Of a stretch of 64,000 nucleotides of DNA, positions 40,201-54,000 are shown one piece after another; position 1 is the stretch's first letter, and each line of letters begins with the position of its first letter. The notes below the pieces were generated by a model. That model did no database searches and had not been told where the DNA came from. It saw only the letters and a program-made list of their open reading frames with translations. A program made the position numbers and the translations under genes. The DNA comes from Eledone cirrhosa (Eukaryota), in contig OZ024759.1 in the NCBI GenBank assembly GCA_964016885.1, positions 12,338,001-12,402,000 of the forward strand, written 5' to 3'.

Positions 40201-43200
40201 TTTACTAATGGGATAAAAAAAAACCTTCTTTATTATAGTTTAGATAGACAGTGTCTTTCATTAGAAATATGGTAATGAAAGGGTTAATATACCTCTGTAA
40301 ACCAAGAATACCACACAGGATGTTAAAAATGTGGAAAGATATTGGGCTGCAAAGTAGACTGGAACATGGCGCCAGGGAAATTTTCTGAATAAGGCCATAG
40401 CCAGTGTGACCGCTGGGTTGAGATGACCACCTGTTAATAAAGATAATATAGTGTTTAAACCGGCCATATCCGTCCAGAATTCTCTGAAATCTTTCTGTTC
40501 AAACTGGCCATAACCAGCTACTGATACTGATGTTAAGGTATCATTCTCAAAATAAATAATATCAAAATATTACAGATTCGATATTATGTGAGATAAAGTG
40601 TTTTCTGTAGAAATACAATAGTATATATAGAGTAATGTAAATGCTAAAGGGTTAACTAAGATACAACAGCTGAAGTGGGGTTCCTCAAAGGGCCTTTTGA
40701 GTAACATTATTTGATAGAGTTGACTTTGCCTTTCACCCTTACGGGGTCGATAAAATAAAGTACCAGTAATGCACTGGGTAATTGCTGGCCTTGTGCCTAA
40801 AGTAGAAACAATTATTTGATAGAGTGTGTACTTTGGAGATCAGAGAGTTGCACAAGGTAGAGCCACTACTCCGAATTGAGAGATCACAGCTTCGATACTA
40901 TGAGCATGTAGTTAGAATGTCTGAGGAAAGAATCACTGGACAGATTTGTAGTTTGGAGATCAGAGAGTTGCTTCAGGTAGAGCTGCTACTTCTCTGAATT
41001 AAGAGATCACAACTCCGATACTATGGGCATGTGGTTAGAATGTCTCAGGAAAGAATCACTGGACAGATTTGTAGTTCAGATATCAGAGAGTCACTCTAGG
41101 TAGAGCTGCTACTTCTCCGAATTCAGATATCACAGCTCCAATACTATGAGCATGTGGTTAGAATGTCTCAGGAAAGAATCACTGGACAGATTTGTAGCTT
41201 GGAGATCAGAGAGTCACTCCAGGTAGAGCTGCTACTTCTCCGAATTCAGATATCACAGCTCCAATACTATGGGCATATGGTTAGAATGTATCAGGAAAGA
41301 ATCACTGGACAGATTTGTAGCTTGGAGATCAGAGAGTCACTCCAGGTAGAGCTGCTACTTCTCCGAATTCAGATATCACAGCTCCAATACTATGGCATGT
41401 GGTTAAAATTCTGACGAAAGAATCACTGGACAGATTTGTAGCTTGGAGATCAGAGAGTCACTCCAGGTAGAGCTGCTACTTCTCCGAATTCAGATATCAC
41501 AGCTCCAATACTATGGCATGTGGTTAAAATGTCTGACGAAAGAATCACTGGACAGATTTGTAGCTTGGAGATCAGAGAGTCACTCCAGGTAGAGCTGCTA
41601 CTTCTCCGAATTCAGATATCACAGCTCCAATACTATAGCATGTGGTTAAAATGTCTGACGAAAGAATCACTGGACAGATTTGTAGCTTGGAGATCAGAGA
41701 GTCACTCCAGGTAGAGCTGCTACTTCTCTGAATTGAGATATCACAGCTCCGATACTATGGCATGTCATTAAAATGTCTGAGGAAAGAATGGCTGGATAGA
41801 TTTTATGGGCAAAACCAACTGGCAAGAGACCCAGGGGTAGACCCTGAGCAAGATGGTTGGATAACATCCATTAGCTTGGTTGGTCTTACTTGGGGATCCA
41901 GCCAGATTAGTTGCACTAAGGAGTGGGGTTTAGGTTGGTGTGAGGGAGGGGGAATTCCTCGATTCTTAAAAGTACAGAAAAATTAATGTAACGTTGTTAA
42001 CCTACCACACACACAAGTGTACGCATACACACACATGTGCACATGCATGCACACACCCTCACATGTATACTCAAACACACAGGTCACATGCTTGCACACA
42101 CACACACACATGTATACTCACACACACATGCACATGTATTCACACACACACACACATGCACATACATGCACACATATATACAAACATATCATTTTCATCA
42201 TTTCATTTTACGTCTGCTTTTTCCCTGCTTGCAAGGGTGGGACGGGAACTGATTCTGGCTTGATTTCTACAGCTGGATGCCCTTCCTAACACCAACCTCA
42301 TTTACAGTGAGTGCTGGGTGCTTTTTTGCTGTGGCACCTGCACGACCACTTTACAATGGAATGATAGGGACCCCAGTCCCTATCATTTCTACAGCTGAGT
42401 AAACTGGAGCAATGTGAAATAAAGTGTCTTGCTCAAGGAAACAACACATCACCCGGTCTGAGAATTGAACTCACAACCTTTCGTTTACAAGGCCAATGCT
42501 CTAACCACTAAGCCATGTGCCTCCATATGCACATGTATACTCATATCCACGTGGAGGCACGTGGCCTAGTGGTAAGGGTGTTGGACTTACGATCATAATG
42601 TTGTGGGTTCGATTCCTGGGTTGCGTGTTGTCTTCTTGAGCAAAACACTTTATTTCACGTTGCTCCAGTATACTCAGCTGAAAATGAGTACCAGCAATAG
42701 TTGGAGGTTTAACCCTGCGATGGACTGGCGTCTTGTCCAGGAGGGAGTCTTGCACTCTGTCGCTTCACGCCATGAGACCAGTATAAGCACTGGCCAAATG
42801 AGCCTTCTGGTTTAAGACAGACTTTAAGACTTTAAGACAGACATTAAGACTTTAAGATAGATTTCTTTATTAGCCACAAGGGCGCAACAAGAAAGGGGAC
42901 AATACAAAGACATGCCGGGGATTTTACATACAGTCGTGTAAAAAATATAAAAACAAACAATTTCAACAATCGAAATCCCCAATAGGGGGGAGGCGCCACA
43001 AATGGGTTGTTTAATACCCCGTCGATAGAACAACCCTCAACTCAAGGAGCGTGTTGTGCAAGTGCTCCTTTCTTCCTTTTGCTCTCTTCCTCAACCTACA
43101 GGCTTATAAACAGAGAAGGCCCAATCACTCGGGCCATTTTCGCTTCATTCACCCACCTTTCAGTAAATTTACTGGGGTGCAGTGCCTCTCTCTCCACCCT

Positions 43201-45972
43201 GATTCTCCTTCTAAAGTGATACTTAAAGAATGGAATCAATTGTTGTCCGGAGAGAAAGGCATCTGTCCTCAGTCCTCTCAACCTCGTCCACCATATAACT
43301 TCTTTCACCATAGCCACCGTACAGAGGAAAACCGCCTCTCTTTCGTTTTTGAAAGAGTCTGGCGGTTTGATCCTTACTATGGATTCGGCAGTCAACTGTA
43401 TTTGTCCCATACGCGACAGCAGTTGTTCTGCATAGTTCCACAGGTCGCTTACGCCCGGGCAGTGTACAATTGCGTGCAGAACTGTTTCAATGTTTCAATG
43501 TCCTGCGCACATCTTGGACACGTCCTCTTGGAAGGATCCCTGCCAGGGCGTCCGTGCCTGTAGATCTTGTCACGAACCGGTAGAGCTCCTCGGTAGCACT
43601 GCCAGGCCAGGGACCTCTGGAAGTTGTCCATAGGTCCCGGGCGGAAAGTCCTACCAAACATACTGGTGAGCTCATCGTCTTCGACGCCCAGAGTCTCTCC
43701 GAGCACGTCGTCGCCCTTGTAACGTACAATCCCTCTATAGAATGTCGAAAAGATAGACTTTAAGACAGACTTTAAGACTTTAAGACAGACTTTAAGACTT
43801 TAAGACAGACTTTAAGACTTTAAGACAGACTTTAGACTTTTTAGACTCATACCCACACACATAGAGGCCGAATGTGGTGAAAAGTACAAAGTTGGAACTA
43901 AAAATGAATAGATGCAATGTGCACTCACCTGAAATTGTTGCAGATGTATATAACCCAAGTGTAACTCCTACACCCCAAGATGCATTGATGCTGAAGAAAT
44001 CTCCATTGTCGGTCCTACTGAGGACAGACTGTGCCACTGAACCAAGACCAACCAGCTAAGAATAATAACAACAATATCTATATTTAAATGCTTATTTCAA
44101 ATTTCTCTACAAATATAGAAATAAAATAACACACACATATATATATCAAGAGTCGATCGGCTTTCGTCAAACCGGACCGAGGAAAAAATGTTTCCATTGG
44201 TCTTTCCAATTGCTAGTACTGTCTATTGGTCGCAACTCCAGGTAGAAGGGGCAACATGAAATAAAGTGTCTTGCTCAAGGACATAACGCATCGCCCGGTC
44301 TGGGAATCAAGCTCACAACCTCACGATTGTGAATCCAATTCTCTAACCACTCAGCCACACACCTTCAAAAATATATATCTAAGTACAAAGTGAAACCTAC
44401 AGTCAGTAGGCACCTCTAACAAAAATACACCCCCGTCCCACTACCCCCACCCCATCCACACCACCATTTTCAATGTAAAGTTATGCTGGTGTCACAAGAT
44501 CCAGTCCGAAATAAATGAGGTCGTGTAGGTGTCACAACAAAACAACACACAGTCCACGCTGTAATGTGGCCGTGTAGGTAACACGGTAAAAACCTCCCAG
44601 CGCCACACTGTAAACGTGGTTGGTGTTAGGAAGGGCATCTAGCCGTAGAAAACCCGCCAGACAGTCCTATACGAGCAAGACAACCAATCCTGCCTCAAGT
44701 GGGAAAATTCCCGTCCAAACCCATGCTAGCGTGGAAGATGGACGTTAAACGATGATGATGATAATGATGATATGTGTTCCCCATAGAAAAGGTAAAGGAA
44801 AGACGAGTGCTCTATGTATAATACAGAGCTATTTAATTACATAATAAACAGCACACCATTCCATTACCAAATGTTTCAAGAAACTAGACGATCCTTACAA
44901 AAATGTCTAGCTGTTCATCAGATGAAATAGACGTTTCTGTAAGGATTGTCTAGTTCCTTCAAACCTTTGGAAATGGAATATTTATATTGTGTTGTTTATT
45001 ATGTAATTATATCTATATATGTAATTATATCTATATATATATGGAGGCACATGTTTATTATGTAATTATATATATATATGGAGGCACATGGCTTAGTGGT
45101 TAGAGCATTGGCCTTGCAATCGAAAGGTTGTGAGTTCAATTCTCAGACTGGGTGATGTGTTGTTTCCTTGAGCAAGACACTTTATTTCACATTGCTCCAG
45201 TTTACTCAGCTGTAGAAATGAGATGATAGGACTGGGGTCCCTATCATTCCACTGCAAAGTGGTCGTGGATGTGCCACGGCAAAAAAGCACCCAGCGCTCA
45301 CTGTAAATGAGGTTGGTGTTAGGAAGGGCATCCAGCTGTAGAAATCAAGCCAGAATCAGTTCCCGTCCCACCCTTGCAAGCAGGGAAAAGCGGACGTAAA
45401 ATGAAATGATGATGATGATGATATATCCTAACACCAACCATATTTACAGTCCACACTGTAAACGTGGTTGGTGTTAGGAACGGCATCCAGCCGTAGAAAA
45501 CCTGCCAGGGACAGTTCTGTACGAGCGAGACATGGTCTCCCGACCAATCTTGCCTCAAGTGGAACAGAACCGTCCAACCTGTGCTAGCGTGGAAGATGGA
45601 CGTTAAACGATGGTGATGAGGATAAATGTGAAAGATATATATATATATAGAGAGAGAGAGAGAAAGAACCATATATCGTAGATAATACACAATATATAGT
45701 ATATATACTAATAGATATTTCAGAGAGGAATATGTACACTAGATTCCATGGTTCTTTCTCTCTCTCTCTCTCTCTATCTATCTATATATACATATATCTT
45801 TTACATTTGATTTATTATTGTTCTAGATAAAGTCTAAGTGGTCATGATGGTGTCACATGACAAAAAGCATCCAGTCCACACTGTAAATGAAGTAATTGCT
45901 AGGTAGGGCATCCAGCTGTAGAAACCAAGCCAAAATTGGTTCTGAATGAACAAGACATGCCAGCATATATTC

Positions 45973-46006
<34 letters not shown>

Positions 46007-47400
46007 ATCATCATCATCATCATTTTACATCCGCTTTTCCCTGCTTGCAAGGGTGGGACGGGAACTGATTCTGGCTTGATTTCTACAGCTGGATGCCCTT
46101 CCTAACACCAACCTCATTTACAGTGAGTGCTGGGTGGTTTTTTGCCGTGGCACCTCCACGACCACTTTGCAGTGGAATGATAGGGACCCCAGTCCCTATC
46201 ATCTCATTTCTACAGCTGAGTAAACTGGAGCAATGTGAAATAAAGTGTCTTGCTCAAGGAAACAACACATCACCCGGTCTGAGAATTGAACTCACAACCT
46301 TTCGATTGCAAGGCCAATGCTCTAACCACTAAACCATGTGCCTCCATGTGCCACAATATATATATATACACAATATATATCAAAGACCCCCTTCGGCCAT
46401 GAATGACCATGTGATTTGCACCTAGAAAGTTTCCCTCTGAGGGAAGGAGGACCAGCAGTCACCCATGCATACCAGTCTCTCCTCACCATGCCACCAATGT
46501 TGTCCAAAGGAAAGGCAAAGGCCGATACAGCTTGGCACCAGTGACGTGACAATTTATTTCTACAGCTGAGTAAACTGGAGCAACGTGAAATAAAGTGTCT
46601 TGCTCAAGGATATAACACATAACCCGGTCCAAGAATTGAACTCACAATCTTTCGATTGTAAGCCCAATGCTCTAACCATTAAGCCATGCGCCTTCACATA
46701 TATGATATGTTTTGATTCATTATATATATAATAATTATGAAGGCGTGTGGCTGAGTGGTTAGAGAATTGGATTTGCAATCTTAAGGTTTTGAGTTCGATT
46801 CCTGGACCAGGCGATGCGTTATGTCCTTGAGCAAGACACTTTATTTCACGTGGCTCCTTCTACCTGGAGTTGCGACTGATAGATAATATTAGCAACTGGA
46901 AAGACCAACGGAAACATTGTTTCCTCGGTCCGATTTGACGAAAGTCGATCTTCCCTTTATATATATATCATCATCATCATTATTTTACGTCCACTTTTCC
47001 CTGCTTGCAAGGGTGGGACGGGAACTGATTCTGGCTTGATTTCTACAGCTGGATGCCCTTCCTAACACCAACCTCATTTACAGTGAGTGCTGGGTGCTTT
47101 TTTGCCGTGGCTCCTCCACGACCACTTTACAGTGGAATGATAGGGACCCCAGTCCCTATCATCTCATTTCTACAGCTGAGTAAACTGGAACAACGTGAAA
47201 TAAAGTGTCTTGCTCAAGGAAACAACACATCACCCGGTCTGAGAATTGAACTCACAACCTTTCGGTTGCAAGGCCAATGCTCTAACCACTAAGCCATGTG
47301 ACTCCACTAAAAAAATATATATATATATATATATACACACACATATACATAACAGTAATAATAATTGTGAAGACTAAAATCCAAAGAGGGCTTGTTAAAG

Positions 47401-47467
<67 letters not shown>

Positions 47468-49579
47468 GTAAAAGGGTGAAAGCAGCAATTCTTAAACTTT
47501 AATCTGTACTTATAATAAATATCTTCATCATCATCTTCGTTTAACGTCCATTTTCCATGCTAACATGGGTTAGATGGGAGTTGTCCCACTTGAGGCAAGG
47601 TTGTTTGGGTGACTGTGTCTCACTCATATAGGACTATCTGGCAGGTTTTCTACGGCTGGATGCCCTTCCTAACACCAACCACATTTACAGTGTGGACTGG
47701 GAGGTTTTACCGTGTTACCTACACGGCCACATTACAGCGTGGACTGTGTTTTTTTGTTGTGACACCTACACGAACTCGATCTCATTATCTCATTTATTTG
47801 GACTGGATGTTGTGGTACCAACTTTACAGAGAGAGGGTGGTGTTAGTGGGAGGATAGGGTAGGGGTAGAGGATTGAGGTGTATATTTGGTTAAGAGGTGC
47901 CTACTGACTGTAAGCTTTGTACATAGGCAAGGCAGGTCTTCTGTATTACTGCGTAGTGCCAAAGATCTGGCTCCAGTGACATTGTCGTAGAGAGGTGTAA
48001 GTGTGTAAAATCGGAATTTATCAAATCGTCCCAGGTTTTTCTGGGTCTACCTACTCCGTAACTACCATCAATTTTTATCTTCCTGCACTTTTTTATACAG
48101 CTGTCGTCTTTCATGCGCATCACGTGACCATACCAACGTAGTCTTCTCTCAAGTAAACAGCATCTGATCCCTCTTATTCCTAATTTGTCACTTAATTCAT
48201 TTATGCTTTGCCGTTCGCGTATATTACTATTGCACATCCAACGGAGCATGCATGCTTCGTTCCTTTCCAGTCTGCGCAGGTCCTCTGCACGCAATGCCCA
48301 TATATATATAATATATATATATATATAAACGGAAAAAATGAAACAAAATTTCATTTCTCACTCTTAGTACGGCTGTTACTTAAATATAAGTATGTATACG
48401 TACATACATATATGTATACAGACGTACAGTAGCATGTATATATATATATACATACATGCACACACATATATATGTACGTATGGATTCATCGAACATTTAT
48501 TATAATGATCGGTGTGTTTGTAAACAAACATCCCGAATTAAGCCGTAGTGTCTAGCAACCATCGTTGCTCATTTGTTCAACCCTGACAAAGGAACGCCGT
48601 ACTAGTTTCAAGCTTATTAGCTATCGTCAGCAACATATACCTTCCTGCCAGCCGTTAATATGCATAAGGAAAGTATATACTTTCAGACGTTCAATCATCT
48701 GGCAGGAAGGTATACGTTGCTGACGATAGCTAATAAGCTTGAAATTAGTACAGCTTTCCTTTGTCAGGGTTGAACAAATGAGCAACGATGGTTGCTAGAC
48801 ACTACGGCTTAATTCGGGATGTTTGTTTACAAACACACCGAGCATTATAATAAATGTTCGGTGAATCCATACGTACATATATATGTGTGTGCATGCATGT
48901 ATATATATATACATACTAGTGTACGTCTGTATACATACATGTATGTACGTATACATACTTATATATATATATATATAATATATATATACACATGTCGACC
49001 TTACCCAATTACACCTCTCAAAGGCGATGACACACGACTGTGACCTCTGGCGTCACGCAGTAATACAGAAGACCCGACCCCCCCACGGGTACAAGCCAAA
49101 GCTGAAGAATATAGAAAATATGCCCCCACACCCTCCCACTGCAAAGTGGTCGTGGAGGTGTTGTTTCCTTGAGCAAGACACTTTATTTCACATTGCTCCA
49201 GTTTACTCAGCTGTAGAAATGAGATGATAGGAACTGGGGTCCCTATCATTCCACTGCAAAGTGGTCGTGTAGGTGCCACGGTAAAAAAGCACCCAGCCCA
49301 CACTGTAAATGAGGTTGGTGTTAGGAAGGGCATCCAGCTGTAGAAATTAAGCCAGAATCAGTTCCCGTCCCACCCTTGCAAGCAGGGAAAAGCGGAGGTA
49401 AAATGAAATGATGATGATGATGATGATATGTATATATAAATAAATATATATATATATGATATGTATATATAAATATATATATATATATATGATATGTATA
49501 TATAAATATATATATATATATATGATATGTATATATAAATATATATATATATATATAATATGTATATATAAATATATAT

Positions 49580-49642
<63 letters not shown>

Positions 49643-50975
49643 TATATATATATGTATAATGTGTAATTCTCGGACCGGGTGATGTGTTGTTTCCTTGAGC
49701 AAGACACTTTATTTCACATTGCTCCAGTTTACTCAGCTGTAGAAATGAGATGATAGGGACTGGGGTCCCTATCATTCCACTGTAAAGTGGTCGTGGAGGT
49801 GCCACGGATAAAAAGCACCCAGCACTCACTGTAAATGAGGTTGGTGTTAGGAAGGGCATCCAGCTGTAGAAATCAAGCCAGAACCAGTTCCCGTATGAGC
49901 AAGGCAAGGTCAGCCGACCGGACACTGCCCACAACAGGACAACCTGTCTAACCCATGCTAGCGTGGAAGAACGGACGTAAAATGGTGATGATGATGATGA
50001 TGATATATAGAAAATGAGTGAAAAGTTAGATTGTAATTCATTTGATGAGAGGAAGTGTGAAGGAATTTTTAAGATAAAGTTACACCAAGTGATTACAAGA
50101 CTTGAACTGGGAGACACAAGTTAGTGTATAGTGAAACATGTGTCAAACATTAGGGAAGAAACATACCTTCTCCTCATATATATGTGTGTGTGTGTATACA
50201 TATATACATGTGTGTACATATACACACACTTTCATGTATGTGTATATACACACATGCATGTGTGTATATATATATACACACACACACACTCATATATATG
50301 TACATACATACACACACACATACATACACACTCATATATATATGTACATACATACACACGCACACACATACATATATATAATATATATACATACATATAC
50401 ACATATAATATATATATACATACACACACACTCACACATATATATACTCACACAATATTTATACATGTACATATACACACTTTCATGTATATACACACAT
50501 GCATGTGTGTATATATATATACACACACACACTCATATATATGTACATACATACACACACACATACATATATATAATATATATACATACATATACACATA
50601 ATATATATATACATACACACACACACACACATATATATACTCACACAATATTTATACATGTACATATACACACACTTTCATGTATGTGTATATACACACA
50701 TGCATGTGTGTATATATATATATACACACACATCATCATCATCATCATCATCATCATTGTTTAACGTCCATATTCCACGCTTGCATGGGTTTGGACGGGA
50801 GTTTTCCCACACACACTCATATATATGTACATACATATATACACACACACATACATATATATAATATATATACATACAAATACACATATAATATATATAT
50901 ATATACATACACACACACACACATATATATATATACTCACACAATATTTATACATGTACATATACACATACATAC

Positions 50976-51037
<62 letters not shown>

Positions 51038-54000
51038 AGTCACAAAACAAAGGATTCTTTATGTTCTAGTTCCAACTTCTAAAAATAACAGCTAAATTTC
51101 TTTAATATCACACACGACTGTCATTCTAATACTTGTTTCGACTTTAGGCACAAGGCCAGCAATTACCGAGTACATTACTGGTACTTTATTTTATCGACCC
51201 CGTAAGGATGAAAGACAAAGTTAGCCTCGGCGGGATTTGAACTCAGACTGTAAAGGGACGTAACTATGCTAGAAAGCATGGTGTCCGACCCTCTACCGAT
51301 ACTGCCAATTCACCGCCTTGACTGTCATTCTAATACTGAAGACGACATATATATATATATATATCAAGTAAGAACTAACCACTAAGCCATGTGCCTCCAT
51401 ATATATATATATATATCAAGTAAGAACTAACCACTAAGCCATGTGCCTCCATATATATATATATATATATATCAAGTAAGAACTAACCACTAAGACATGT
51501 GCCTCCATATATATATATATATCAAGTAAGAACTAACCACTAAGACATGTGCCTCCATATATATATATATATATCAAGTAAGAACTAACCACTAAGCCAT
51601 GTGCCTCCATATATATATATATATATATATATCAAGTAAGAACTAACCACTAAGCCATGTGCCTCCATATATATATATATATATCAAGTAAGAACTAACC
51701 ACTAAGCCATGTGCCTCCATATATATATATATATCAAGTAAGAACTAACCACTAAGCCATGTGCCTCCATATATATATATATATCAAGTAAGAACTAACC
51801 ACTAAGCCATGTGCCTCCATATATATATATATATCAAGTAAGAACTAACCACTAAGCCATGTGCCTCCATATATATATATATATCAAGTAAGAACTAACC
51901 ACTAAGCCATGTGCCTCCATATATATATATATATCAAGTAAGAACTAACCACTAAACCATGTGCCTCCATATATATATATATATCAAGTAAGAACTAACC
52001 ACTAAGCCATGTGCCTCCATATATATATATATATCAAGTAAGAACTAACCACTAAACCATGTGCCTCCATATATATATATATATCAAGTAAGAACTAACC
52101 ACTAAGCCATGTGCCTCCATATATATATATATATCAAGTAAGAACTAACCACTAAGCCATGTGCCTCCATATATATATATCAAGTAAGAACTAACCACTA
52201 AGCCATGTGCCTCCATATATATATATCAAGTAAGAACTAACCACTAAGCCATGTGCCTCCATATATATATATCAAGTAAGAACTAACCACTAAGCCATGT
52301 GCCTCCATATATATATATCAAGTAAGAACTAACCACTAAGCCATGTGCCTCCATATATATATATCAAGTAAGAACTAACCACTAAGCCATGTGCCTCCAT
52401 ATATATATATATATCAAGTAAGAACTAACCACTAAGCCATGTGTCTCCATATATATATATATATCAAGTAAGAACTAACCACTAAGCCATGTGCCTTCAT
52501 ATATATATATATATATCAAGTAAGAACTAACCACTAAGCCATGTGCCTCCATATATATATATATATCAAGTAAGAACTAACCACTAAGCCATGTGCCTCC
52601 ATATATATATATATATCAAGTAAGAATATTTTAGAAACAGCCGGCGAGTTTGAAATTAGAAATATAAGCTATTGCCGTATTTTGACTCAAGAAATTACTT
52701 AGGCTGATAGTGGGGTTAAGAACCCTCTGAGAAATGGAAAAAGATGAGTATTGACGTACATGGGAGTCGAACCCACATCTTTGGTTATCCAGACCACTGT
52801 GCTACCATTACACCAACACATCACCCGTCTTCTTCCGTTCATGCACCTTAGCACTGTACACAATAATTTTCATTATTATTATATATATCCTGTATATGCC
52901 AGCATACAAGTCGATCCGGTGCATAGGTCAACCCCTAAACTTCTGAGGTGTAATTCAGGCTTAGGCCTATATTCACTAATAAGACGCCCCCCCCCCCCCC
53001 CAAAAAAAAAAAAATAAGGCAGTTGCAGGGGTAATAATTAAAAAAATTTAGTGGCGCTCTAAAGGCTAAGACACTTCTTCTAAAACACTTCAGTCATAAG
53101 TGAGTTCTAATTCACTGAGTAAGCCAGCCTAGTCTAACCTTAACCTACCCTATGGTACCCTACCCTATGGTACCCTATCCTATGGTAACCTACCCTGTGG
53201 TAACTTAACCTATGGTAACCTACCCTATGGTACCCTACCCTATGGTACCCTATCCTATGGTAACCTACCCTATGGTAACCTACCCTGTGGTAACTTAACC
53301 TATGGTAACCTACCCTATGGTACCCTACACTATGGTAACCTACCCTATGGTAACCTACCCTGTGGTAACTTAACCTATGGTAACCTACCCTATGGTACCC
53401 TACCCTATGGTACCCTATCCTATGGTAACCTACCCTATGGTAACCTACCCTGTGAGCTACAGCAAGTCATTGATATTATTATAATCTCTACGTTAAATAG
53501 TCTTAACAATATGAGGTTCAGTAGGAAATAATTGTGGTGGGCTGCTAGAGTTATGGTAAGTGGTGTACAACGAGTGTTAGGCAGGCAGTTTCACTGTTTA
53601 CCCCTCAGTGGTAAGGGTTCACATTTTATATTTGGTGGACAAGTCAGCCCTTGTTTTTGGAGAGAGAGATTTTTAGGCTCCAAATGTCGACTTGTACGCC
53701 GAGTTGAAATTACAAACACATGGAGGCACATGGCTTAGTGGTTAGAGCATTGGCCTTGCAATCAAAAGGTTGTGAGTTCAATTCTCAGACCGGGTGATGT
53801 GTTGTTTCCTTGAGCAAGACACTTTATTTCACAGTGCTCCAGTTTACTCAGCTGTAGAAATGAGATGATAGGGATTGGGGTCCCTATCATTCCACTGTAA
53901 AGTGGTCGTGGAGGTGCCACGGCAAAATAGCACCCAGCACTCACTGTAAATGAGGTTGGTGTTAGGAAGGGCATCCAGCTGTAGAAATCAAGCCAGAATC

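Larger units (their letters stand above)
48383..48964. repeat. Long inverted repeat, ~270-bp arms, 47-nt spacer, hammerhead motif in each arm
   Basis: Arms ~48383-48651 and 48699-48964. Confidence 0.9.

Noticed and set aside
45080-45160. tRNA-like heads of SINE copies as tRNA genes
   Set aside because: They continue into the SINE body, occur in many copies and lack proper acceptor stems
49347-51082. Many YI/HT/CV-rich ORFs
   Set aside because: Microsatellite translations
51347-52626. CRISPR-like pattern of 34-bp repeats with spacers
   Set aside because: Spacers are only (AT)n, the repeat is a SINE head fragment, there are no cas genes, and the context is eukaryotic
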